Shown: piece by piece, positions 1-7,136 of the stretch
How positions within the stretch are numbered: position 1 is the stretch's first letter
How the letters are laid out: each line of letters opens with the position of its first letter
Origin: Nanopusillaceae archaeon
Lineage (GTDB): Archaea > Nanobdellota > Nanobdellia > Nanobdellales > Nanobdellaceae
NCBI GenBank assembly: GCA_049974095.1
Contig: JBMFJD010000004.1
Coordinates: 35,080-67,079, forward strand
Reading direction: 5' to 3'
Length of the DNA: 32,000 nucleotides
Made by a program: the position numbers and the translations under genes
Notes under the pieces: model-generated
Databases searched by the model: none
What the model was told of the DNA's origin: nothing
What the model saw: the letters and a program-made list of their open reading frames with translations, nothing else

Positions 1-353
1 AAATTGGTTTAGAAAATGTTAACTCATTAACTGCTGCAGCAATTAGATCTATATTTATGATGGTTTTTATATTAATAATTGCTTTATCTCTTGAAAAATC
101 ATCATTTTTTACTTCTTTTTCTTCAAAAAATATTATATTTATTATATTAAGTGCAATTGCTGGTGCATTATCTTGGATATTCTACTTCTTAGCCCTTCAA
201 AAAGGAGATGTTGTTCCTGTAGCAGTAATAGATAGATCCAGTATTCTATTTGTTATAATTCTATCTATATTATTATTAAATGAAAACCTATCTACAAAAA
301 CAATTATTGCATCTATATTTATAGTTATAGGTATATATTTGCTATCGATTTAA
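1..353 (+). CDS. EamA/DMT-family transporter, C-terminal part (5' end lies outside the window)
   Basis: The frame is open from nt 3 to the window edge (IGLENVNSLTAAAIRSIF precedes the first Met at 57). It has hydrophobic helices, and ALQKGDVVPVAVIDRSSILFVIILSILLLNE is typical of an EamA repeat. Confidence 0.55.
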   Translation, partial: IGLENVNSLTAAAIRSIFMMVFILIIALSLEKSSFFTSFSSKNIIFIILSAIAGALSWIFYFLALQKGDVVPVAVIDRSSILFVIILSILLLNENLSTKTIIASIFIVIGIYLLSI

Positions 354-356
354 ATT

Positions 357-364
357 TTTATATC
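357..364 (+). promoter_or_regulatory. TATA-like box (TTTATATC) for tRNA-Gly
   Basis: The octamer is centred about 27 nt upstream of the tRNA 5' end at 388. This is weak evidence because AT-rich octamers are common here. Confidence 0.3.
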
Positions 365-387
365 TAAAATTTAGATATTATCTTATA

Positions 388-458
388 GCACCCGTCGTCT
401 AGTGGCAGGATGCGGGCCTTCCAAGCCCGCGGCCCGGGTTCGAATCCCGGCGGGTGCA
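388..458 (+). tRNA. tRNA-Gly (anticodon UCC)
   Basis: 71-nt cloverleaf. Acceptor GCACCCG/CGGGTGC, anticodon stem CGGGC/GCCCG, loop CUUCCAA, T arm CCGGG-TTCGAAT-CCCGG, 4-nt variable region. It is a GC-rich island and encodes no CCA. Confidence 0.92.
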
Positions 459-494
459 TTTTAACTTATTAATTTCAAAGATTTTCTAAAAAAT

Positions 495-1796
495 ATGGAT
501 ATTATTGTTGGGAGATCTTTAGATGATTTGGAAAAATATGGTTTTCTAGGAACAATTTATATTGGAAAAGAATATATAAAAATGGAAAATACATTATCAC
601 TAGCAAATAAAATTTATTTAGATGTTAATTTACCTCATTTAATATTAATTGCCGGAAAAAGAGGACAAGGAAAAAGTTATACCTTAGCATCATTATTCGA
701 AAGTTTATCTTTATTAGAAAAAGATTTATTAGAAAACTTTTCTGGATTAATATTTGATACAATGGGTATATTTTGGACTATGAAATTTCCAAACTATAGA
801 GATGCAGAATTATTAGAAAAATGGGATTTAAAACCACAATCTGTTCATAATGCTAGGATTTTAGTACCTAAAGGATTATTAGACGAATATAGAAAAATAG
901 ATATGCCAATAGATGACGTTTTTGAATTAAATCCAGCAGATTTATCTGGGATAGAATGGGCATTAGCATTTAACTTAGATCCTTCTTCATCAATTGCATT
1001 ATATATACAAAGAATAATAAAGAAAATGAAAGAAAACTCTAATGGATATTCTATACAAGATATAATAAATTATACAGAAAAACTAAATATTGATAGTAAA
1101 ATAAAAAATGCAATAATAACATATTTTGATAATGCAGATAGTTGGGGGTTATTTTCTGAAAAGTCAGAAACAATAAAAAATTTAGTAAAACCTGGATATA
1201 TAAATATTTTAGATATATCTTTATATACTGCAATAACTGGTGGATGGTCTATAAAAAATTTAGTAATAGGGTTGGTTGCTAAAAAAATATTTTACCAAAG
1301 ATTAATATATAGAAAAGTAGAAGAATTAGAAGAAATATATATATCAAAAGAATTAGGAACAAGAAAATTTCCATTAATTTGGATGGCAATTGATGAGGCA
1401 CATGAAGCAATACCAAATGATTCTATTACTCCAGCAACAGAACCTTTAATACAAATAATAAGAGAAGGAAGACAGCCAGGAATTACTTTAGTATTAGCAA
1501 CACAACAACCTGGAAAAATGCATACCGATGTTATAACACAAAGTGATATCGTAATTTCTCATAGACTAACTGCAGAGAATGATTTAAAATCATTAAATGA
1601 AATAATGAAAAACTTTACAGCACAAGATATTGATATTTATATGAATGATAATCTACCAAAAAGAAAAGGTGCTGCGTTGATTTTAGATGATAAATCTGAA
1701 AGAATATATCCTGTACAAATAAAACCAAGATTTTCTTGGCATGGAGGAGAGGATCCTACATTAATTAGAAAAAGATTATGGTTAGAATACAAGTAA
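495..1796 (+). CDS. HerA/FtsK-superfamily (DUF87-like) P-loop ATPase
   Basis: Walker A is IAGKRGQGKSYT (nt ~651-680). Walker B is LIWMAIDEAHE (nt ~1380-1400). LVLATQQPGKMHTDVITQSDIVISHRL is the HerA/VirB4-type sensor region. Only ~50 aa precede the P-loop. Confidence 0.75.
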   Translation: MDIIVGRSLDDLEKYGFLGTIYIGKEYIKMENTLSLANKIYLDVNLPHLILIAGKRGQGKSYTLASLFESLSLLEKDLLENFSGLIFDTMGIFWTMKFPNYRDAELLEKWDLKPQSVHNARILVPKGLLDEYRKIDMPIDDVFELNPADLSGIEWALAFNLDPSSSIALYIQRIIKKMKENSNGYSIQDIINYTEKLNIDSKIKNAIITYFDNADSWGLFSEKSETIKNLVKPGYINILDISLYTAITGGWSIKNLVIGLVAKKIFYQRLIYRKVEELEEIYISKELGTRKFPLIWMAIDEAHEAIPNDSITPATEPLIQIIREGRQPGITLVLATQQPGKMHTDVITQSDIVISHRLTAENDLKSLNEIMKNFTAQDIDIYMNDNLPKRKGAALILDDKSERIYPVQIKPRFSWHGGEDPTLIRKRLWLEYK

Positions 1797-3889
1797 AAGA
1801 AATAGAAGGAGTAATTGCAATAGTAATATTTATTTCATTTTTAACTTTTTATTTATCAGTTTATAGAAGCTATATTTTTAATAAAGTAGATAATTATAAT
1901 CAAATAAACTATTATAATTCGTATATAAAAAATATTTTAAATAATATTGAAGATAGATATTATTTACTTTCATTTAATGTTACAATACCTATCTCTATGT
2001 ACTATCAATGCTTACAAAGTTCTTCAATTTATAATAATTTAATAAATGATAATGCATATAATGATTTTTGTTCGAATTTTCCAATATCTTATCCATTAAA
2101 TATTTCATTCTTAACTTCTTATTCTGGAGTATTAAATAATACAAATAATACTTATCTTGATCCAAATGTTGGTTTATTCTTTTATTTAAATATAGCTAAT
2201 CTAAATTTATATAATCAGCCACAATATGCTTTAGTAAATATTTCAAATCCTTCTGGTCAAAATCTAAATAATTATCCAGTATTTGTTACTTCTCCAGATA
2301 TTTTTTATTGGTTACAAGAAGGATATAATTTAAATGTAACAGATTTAAATGGAAATCAATATTATTTTTGTTATTTAAATTCTCAATTTAACTGTAGTAA
2401 TATAAATAATAATGCTTATGGGATCTGGATTGATTTAAATATTTCTAAAAACCGTTATATAATATTAAATATTTCTCCAATATCAAATAATAATCCATAT
2501 TCAGTAGATGGATCTCAAATATTCCCATTTTACGATCATTTTACATACCAAAATTATCAACAATTTAGTCAAAACTGGTATAATAATACTCCAATAAGCA
2601 TTACTCCTTTGAATCCTGGAGATCAAATTTCTTCTAGCTCTTTTAAAATTTATTCTAAAAAAACAATAAATAAAGGATATTATTTAATATTATTCAATAT
2701 ACAAAATATTAATTCTCTGAGTTCTGGTAATATAAATATTGGAGATAGTTGTAAAATAAGTCTTCAATCAAATAACAAACCATATTTCTATTATTGTAAT
2801 GTTAATGATAATAATGTAGATATATCAATATCTGCTAATGGACGAACATATGCTTATTATTTAATTTTAATTCCATATAATATTATACCACGAATAAATA
2901 TTATCTATCAACCAAATATTACTCAAACATTTAATTTTATTATCGGCCCAAATTTAACATATGATTTTTCTCAATACAACGATTTAATAAAAGGTATAAA
3001 TAGTATCGCAAATAATTACGTAAAATATAAAGAATCTTCTTCTTCCTATGGTTATATAATTTCATCTACTAATTATTTTAATCATTTATTCTATTATTTA
3101 TATACTTCTCAATATGAACCTTCTAATTTAGGTTCTAGATATATATATAATGAATCTTTATCTTTAATTTACTTATATTCTACTCAGAATTTATCTATTA
3201 AAAAAATATTATTTTCTAACACATCTTGGTTCATATTGAATACTCAAAAATATTATAATTCTTCCAATATGATATATTGGAATACTTCTCAAAATAACTA
3301 TGGATTTACTTATAATATTATTAATTTTTATAATCTTCTTTTATCCTATGACAATTCTTTGCTAAACAATTATTTATATTATCCATACGAAAATGGAATA
3401 ATACTTTCCAATTCTAATAATTTTGCTCTTTTATTTACAAATTATTATCCATTAGTTAATATAACATTAAATATAACAGTTAGCAATTCTATGATCTACT
3501 CTAATACTAATTATTATTATCTATTAAATTTAACTTTATTGAATAACTATCCCTATCAAGATTATTATCTATATTTTTATGATAATCCAAATCTAGATAA
3601 AGAAACTGCAAAATATTTAGCATTCTCTACACAAATTCCAATAATGAAAATAAATTATATAGAACCAATAAATATAATAAATATAAATAATCTATTACAA
3701 GAATCTCAAAATTATCCAGATATTTATTTTTATTTCGAAAATGAAAATATTACAATATATAATGGAATAATATATCAAGGAAATGTTGCAAATAATTATC
3801 AATATTCACAAGAATATAGTATTTATGTATTAAATACAACAAATGTAAATGATCTATATAAAGATAATTTAATAATATATATAAAATGA
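1778..3889 (+). CDS. Large N-terminally anchored, N-glycosylation-sequon-rich surface protein (703 aa)
   Basis: The start overlaps the ATPase stop by 19 nt. The N-terminus MVRIQVKEIEG-VIAIVIFISFLTFYLSVY is one hydrophobic helix. The rest is N/Y/S/I-rich with very few K/E/D/R and dozens of N-x-S/T sequons. YALVNISNPSGQNLNNYPVFV...GIWIDLNISKNRYIILNIS followed by IFPFYDHF vaguely resembles DUF2341 plus LamG-type surface domains (low confidence). Confidence 0.6.
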   Translation: MVRIQVKEIEGVIAIVIFISFLTFYLSVYRSYIFNKVDNYNQINYYNSYIKNILNNIEDRYYLLSFNVTIPISMYYQCLQSSSIYNNLINDNAYNDFCSNFPISYPLNISFLTSYSGVLNNTNNTYLDPNVGLFFYLNIANLNLYNQPQYALVNISNPSGQNLNNYPVFVTSPDIFYWLQEGYNLNVTDLNGNQYYFCYLNSQFNCSNINNNAYGIWIDLNISKNRYIILNISPISNNNPYSVDGSQIFPFYDHFTYQNYQQFSQNWYNNTPISITPLNPGDQISSSSFKIYSKKTINKGYYLILFNIQNINSLSSGNINIGDSCKISLQSNNKPYFYYCNVNDNNVDISISANGRTYAYYLILIPYNIIPRINIIYQPNITQTFNFIIGPNLTYDFSQYNDLIKGINSIANNYVKYKESSSSYGYIISSTNYFNHLFYYLYTSQYEPSNLGSRYIYNESLSLIYLYSTQNLSIKKILFSNTSWFILNTQKYYNSSNMIYWNTSQNNYGFTYNIINFYNLLLSYDNSLLNNYLYYPYENGIILSNSNNFALLFTNYYPLVNITLNITVSNSMIYSNTNYYYLLNLTLLNNYPYQDYYLYFYDNPNLDKETAKYLAFSTQIPIMKINYIEPINIININNLLQESQNYPDIYFYFENENITIYNGIIYQGNVANNYQYSQEYSIYVLNTTNVNDLYKDNLIIYIK

Positions 3890-4206
3890 GAAGTTGGATA
3901 ATCCTAGTTGAACTTGCATTTTCAATAATCCTATTAACAGTATTTTTCTTATATATTTATTATTTTAGATCTCAAAATATTATTATTGAAAATTTTGATC
4001 CAAATAATTTAAGATACCTAAATGTATCATGTAATAATAATCTATATACGTATGAAATAATAAATTTAACAAATAATAATATAACAATATGCTATTTTGG
4101 AAGGCAAGCAAATTATACATATATAGAAAATTTAAAACCAATATTTGAATATTTATATTCTGGCCAAAACAATTTTAACCCTTATATTTTAATAGTATTA
4201 TCATGA
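3886..4206 (+). CDS. Small type IV pilin-like (class III signal peptide-like) secreted protein
   Basis: ATGA overlap with the upstream gene. N-terminus MRS-WIILVELAFSIILLTVFF has a short basic leader, a small residue at -1 and a hydrophobic helix containing Glu. The body is sequon-rich with 2 Cys. Confidence 0.5.
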   Translation: MRSWIILVELAFSIILLTVFFLYIYYFRSQNIIIENFDPNNLRYLNVSCNNNLYTYEIINLTNNNITICYFGRQANYTYIENLKPIFEYLYSGQNNFNPYILIVLS

Positions 4207-4643
4207 AATCTCAATATATTTTATTAGCAACAATTTTAATAATTATTTTCATATCTTTTTTAACCTATTATAATTTAAAACCAATAAATAATATTAATGC
4301 AAATTTAATTGGAGAAAATTTCAAAAATGAAATAATATATACATATAAATACTTTGGATACAAATATGTTGGAAATTATACATTTTATTTTGAGAATTAT
4401 ACAAATAATATTGGATATAATTTTTCTTTTATTTGTATTTCATCATATAATTTATCAATACCACAATGCAATGGAAATAATATAAATTGTTGTTATTATT
4501 TTTCTGGATATTTCTATGTAAATTCTTCAATATTAATTTTCTGCAATGAGAACTTTATGATATATAATCCTCCAAATTGGATTTGCTTTTGTTATCAATT
4601 GAATAATTCTAATGAATACTATTCAAATTTCTTTTGTATTTAA
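4203..4643 (+). CDS. Small type IV pilin-like secreted protein, Cys-rich
   Basis: ATGA overlap with the upstream gene. N-terminus is MKS-QYILLATILIIIFISFLTYY. The body is N/Y-rich and charge-poor, with about 10 Cys and many sequons. Confidence 0.5.
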   Translation: MKSQYILLATILIIIFISFLTYYNLKPINNINANLIGENFKNEIIYTYKYFGYKYVGNYTFYFENYTNNIGYNFSFICISSYNLSIPQCNGNNINCCYYFSGYFYVNSSILIFCNENFMIYNPPNWICFCYQLNNSNEYYSNFFCI

Positions 4644-5110
4644 CATTTATATACAAAAAAACCAGATGTTGTTTTATTTAAAATCAGACAAATATCATTT
4701 CCATAAAATGTATAATTATTTGATATTATATTAAAGGGTATTGTATTCATTGTAAAATTATATAAGAAATTATTTGAAGGTAATTGAGTAATATTTAAAT
4801 TTATATATGATGGAACACTCAAAGAATAATTTATTGGAGAAATATATAAACTTTCTATTGTTCCATTAAATATATAAACTGTTAAACCATTCGGAATATT
4901 TTGTTGGAATTTATATGTACATGAATAACATGATCCTATCATATCTATTTGATAATTTAAATCTGTTAATAGATTAACAGTATATTTTAAATTTATTTGT
5001 GCTTGTTGATTCAAAATTGTTAAATGAACATAATATAATACAATAGATAAAACAGATATGGCAAAAGATGTATATATTAAAAATTCAACCCATAAACTTA
5101 TTCCTTTCAT
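4640..5110 (-). CDS. Type IV pilin-like protein with class III signal peptide
   Basis: N-terminus MKG-ISLWVEFLIYTSFAISVLSIVL matches the archaeal KG(Q)-xSxE(Y/F)L class III signal motif. The body is charge-poor and sequon-rich with Cys pairs. The start overlaps the S19e stop (ATGA), and the 3' end overlaps the convergent 4203-4643 gene by 4 nt. Confidence 0.55.
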   Translation of the reverse strand: MKGISLWVEFLIYTSFAISVLSIVLYYVHLTILNQQAQINLKYTVNLLTDLNYQIDMIGSCYSCTYKFQQNIPNGLTVYIFNGTIESLYISPINYSLSVPSYINLNITQLPSNNFLYNFTMNTIPFNIISNNYTFYGNDICLILNKTTSGFFVYKC

Positions 5111-5616
5111 GTAACATTTTTAACATAATCAACTAAATTTTTATTTTCTTTACTTAATTCTTTATATATTTCATTTGCCAATTTATCCATTATACTTTTT
5201 CCATTATTTGTTACAACTCTCCCTCTCTTCTGTCCATCCATTATTTTCATAACAAATCCCGCTTGTTCCAATTGTTGCAAAATTAATCTGATAATTTTTC
5301 CATATCCTCTAACAAATTTTCCAGGTTCCATACCTCTTTTTCTCAATCCCCCATATTTTTTTCTTAATCTAGATATTCCAACAGGCCCTTTTAAATATAC
5401 TTGTCTCAAAATTGAAGCTGCTCTATAATACCACCATCCAGGTCCTCCATTATAATCTACATCTGGAGGAAAATCCGGATTTCTTTCTCTATCTGGTCCT
5501 GTTCTAATAAAAAAAGCCCATGTTGGTGGTTTAATTATTTCTTTATAATTTTCAAATAAATGTTTTGCTAATCTTTCAACATATATTTGTCCAGGTATTT
5601 CTCTTACCGAAACCAT
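5107..5616 (-). CDS. rps19e: 30S ribosomal protein S19e (eS19)
   Basis: GGPGWWYYRAASILRQVYLKGPVGISRLRKKYGG is the eS19 signature. The track start at 5625 is a TTG. The first ATG at 5616 (MVSVREIPG) fits a TATA box at -27. Confidence 0.9.
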   Translation of the reverse strand: MVSVREIPGQIYVERLAKHLFENYKEIIKPPTWAFFIRTGPDRERNPDFPPDVDYNGGPGWWYYRAASILRQVYLKGPVGISRLRKKYGGLRKRGMEPGKFVRGYGKIIRLILQQLEQAGFVMKIMDGQKRGRVVTNNGKSIMDKLANEIYKELSKENKNLVDYVKNVT

Positions 5617-5627
5617 AATATGCAATA

Positions 5628-5635
5628 TTTATAAA
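5628..5635 (+). promoter_or_regulatory. TATA box (TTTATAAA) for the L37Ae-rpoP-pcc1 transcription unit
   Basis: Canonical archaeal TATA octamer centred about 28 nt upstream of the ATG at 5660. This implies a leaderless mRNA. Confidence 0.4.
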
Positions 5636-5640
5636 ACATT

Positions 5641-5648
5641 TTTAAAAT
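5641..5648 (-). promoter_or_regulatory. TATA-like box for S19e (divergent, interleaved with the L37Ae promoter)
   Basis: The reverse complement reads ATTTTAAA and is centred about 28 nt upstream of the ATG at 5616. Confidence 0.3.
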
Positions 5649-5659
5649 ATATGTAATTT

Positions 5660-5875
5660 ATGAACCATACTAAAATTGTTAGTTCTGCTGGAAGATTTGG
5701 TGCAAGATATGGTAAAGGTATTAGAGAAGATTTAGTTGAAATTGAGAAAAAATATAAAAATAAAAGATTAAAATGTCCTTACTGTAATTATATTTCTGTA
5801 AAGAGGATCGCATATGGAATATGGTATTGTGAACATTGCGGCAAAAAATTTACTGGAAAAGCTTATAGTATATAA
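5660..5875 (+). CDS. rpl37ae: 50S ribosomal protein L37Ae (eL43)
   Basis: SAGRFGARYGKGIRE plus the zinc ribbon CPYC...VKRIAYGIWYCEHCGKKFTGKAY. Confidence 0.9.
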   Translation: MNHTKIVSSAGRFGARYGKGIREDLVEIEKKYKNKRLKCPYCNYISVKRIAYGIWYCEHCGKKFTGKAYSI

Positions 5876-6015
5876 TGACAAAATATCTTTGTATAAATTG
5901 TAAAAGAATTATAGATCATGAAACAGCATTAAAGAAAGTTAAGTGTCCATATTGTGGATCAAAGATTTTAGTAAAATTAAGACCTGAAACAGTTAAGAAA
6001 ATAAAAGCAATATGA
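5875..6015 (+). CDS. rpoP: DNA-directed RNA polymerase subunit P (Rpo12/RpoP), 46 aa, absent from the ORF track
   Basis: Hand translation gives MTKYLCINCKRIIDHETALKKVKCPYCGSKILVKLRPETVKKIKAI. This has a CxxC...CPYCGxKIL zinc ribbon and the RP motif. The ATG overlaps the L37Ae stop. The position after L37Ae is conserved in archaea. Confidence 0.8.
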   Translation: MTKYLCINCKRIIDHETALKKVKCPYCGSKILVKLRPETVKKIKAI

Positions 6016-6212
6016 AGGTAATAGTTGAAGGATTAGATAAAGATTTTATAGAATCAATAAAATTTTTAGAAAAAGATGAAAAAATAAAAATTGAAGGAAA
6101 TAGTATTATTATTGAAAAGGATGAAGAGTCAAAATTAAGGGCACAAGTAAATTTATTATTTAGATTAATAAAAATAAATGATAATCTTATCAGACTCCTG
6201 TCCAATTTGTAA
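6012..6212 (+). CDS. Pcc1-like KEOPS subunit (tentative)
   Basis: Small protein with a C-terminal ESKLRAQVNLLFRLIKI, resembling the Pcc1 LRAsxNsxLRLI helix. ATGA overlap with rpoP. The L37Ae-RpoP-Pcc1-prefoldin beta neighbourhood is known from the archaeal exosome superoperon. Confidence 0.5.
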   Translation: MKVIVEGLDKDFIESIKFLEKDEKIKIEGNSIIIEKDEESKLRAQVNLLFRLIKINDNLIRLLSNL

Positions 6213-6666
6213 TTCAAAAAATATTGAAGTAAAAAATATTGAATATGATTTTCCAAAAATAGGAAAGGCAATACTGTATGTATTTAAATGTAATGATTGT
6301 GGATATAAAACATCAGAAATAATTCCATTAGAAGAAAGACAACCAGTTAGTTTTAGTATAAAAGTAGATAGTAAAGAAAAATTTGGAAAATTAATATTAA
6401 AATCTCCTTATGCAAAATTAATATTAAAAGAAATAGATTTAGAAATATTACCTGGAATAGAATCTAAATTTGAAATAAAGGCCGTAGATGACTTATTAAT
6501 GAATATAAAAGATAAATTGGATGACATAAAAGTATTATATATTAATGAACCAGAGAAATATAATAAAATTGTTGAAAAAATAAACTATTTAAATGATGTA
6601 TTAAACAATAAAAAAGAGATAACAATTATTATTGAAGATGAAAAAGGTTATTCAATGACTTATTGA
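6178..6666 (+). CDS. ZPR1-type zinc-finger protein
   Basis: CPICNS...FKCNDCGYKTSEI, then SFSIKVDSKEKFGKLILKSPYAKLILKEIDLEILPG, matching the ZPR1 zinc-finger plus beta-domain pattern. Confidence 0.7.
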   Translation: MIILSDSCPICNSKNIEVKNIEYDFPKIGKAILYVFKCNDCGYKTSEIIPLEERQPVSFSIKVDSKEKFGKLILKSPYAKLILKEIDLEILPGIESKFEIKAVDDLLMNIKDKLDDIKVLYINEPEKYNKIVEKINYLNDVLNNKKEITIIIEDEKGYSMTY

Positions 6667-7061
6667 CCTTCTTTCTTTTCTTCTTCCTTTATTTCTTCAA
6701 CTGCTGACATTTGATGACCTCTCCAAACTTTTACATATGGTGGTGTTGCAATAACCCAATCTTTATTTACCGCAACAATATCTCCTCCTATTGCATCTAC
6801 AACAGATTTTAATCTAGAAACAACTCTCTTTATTTCAACAATATCTTTACTTGCATTTAAATTACTTAAATCTACAAATACTATATAACTTCTCTCTCTT
6901 AAAGAATCGACAACTGCTTTTACTTCTGAAGGATCTTTTAATCTAAATACTCTTACATAAATCTTTACTTCCTCAGCTTTCTGCGTTGGAATAACTTCTA
7001 CATATTGATCAGTATCCTCTTTCTTTTTACCTTTAAATATCCCTTTAAAGGATATAGCCAT
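6660..7061 (-). CDS. sepF: SepF-like cell-division protein (FtsZ anchor)
   Basis: VKIYVRVFRLKDPSEVKAVVDSLRERSYIVFVDLSNLNASKDIVEIKRVVSRLKSVVDAIGGDIVAVNKDWVIATPPYV matches the SepF/DUF552 core. The ORF extends to 7094, but the ATG at 7061 (MAISFKG) has a TATAAAAA centred ~26 nt upstream. Confidence 0.7.
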   Translation of the reverse strand: MAISFKGIFKGKKKEDTDQYVEVIPTQKAEEVKIYVRVFRLKDPSEVKAVVDSLRERSYIVFVDLSNLNASKDIVEIKRVVSRLKSVVDAIGGDIVAVNKDWVIATPPYVKVWRGHQMSAVEEIKEEEKKEGQ

Positions 7062-7136
7062 ATATCTATATATTGTATTGGTATTTTTATACATTTAGTT
7101 AATATTTTTGTTTATATTATTGATTATCAATAAAAA

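Noticed and set aside
361-377. Perfect 8-bp inverted repeat TATCTAAA-A-TTTAGATA between the EamA stop and tRNA-Gly. The 12-mer ATTTAGATATTA recurs at ~18449-18460 upstream of the YdjM-like gene.
   Set aside because: Short AT-only palindromes and 12-mers are expected by chance at this composition; my rough estimate is that one such 12-mer recurrence in 32 kb is not surprising. The 1-nt loop cannot form an RNA hairpin. There is no further support for an operator or terminator role.
1051-1233. Antisense or alternative-frame ORFs in the supplied track. They are 1051-1233(-), 5993-6271(-), 7108-7416(+), 9260-9562(+), 10993-11265(-), 13252-13449(+), 13891-14322(+), 14567-14776(+), 15064-15291(+), 17870-18058(+), 23459-23725(+), 23957-24175(+), 25274-25546(-), 27714-27941(-), 28314-28535(-), 29366-29662(-) and 29421-29699(-).
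   Set aside because: Each lies inside, and opposite to or out of frame with, a gene that has clear family motifs. Their translations are F/L/I/S-rich low-complexity strings, as expected from reading K/E/N-rich AT-rich genes in another frame. None has its own promoter-like context.
388-5110. Possibility that the ATPase/surface-protein cluster is an integrated virus or plasmid inserted at tRNA-Gly. FtsK/HerA ATPases are common in archaeal mobile elements.
   Set aside because: There is no integrase or replication gene. I could not find a duplicate of the tRNA-Gly 3' half (att-like direct repeat) anywhere downstream. Nucleotide composition is the same as in the flanks, and the far end is interlocked with S19e by a 4-nt overlap.
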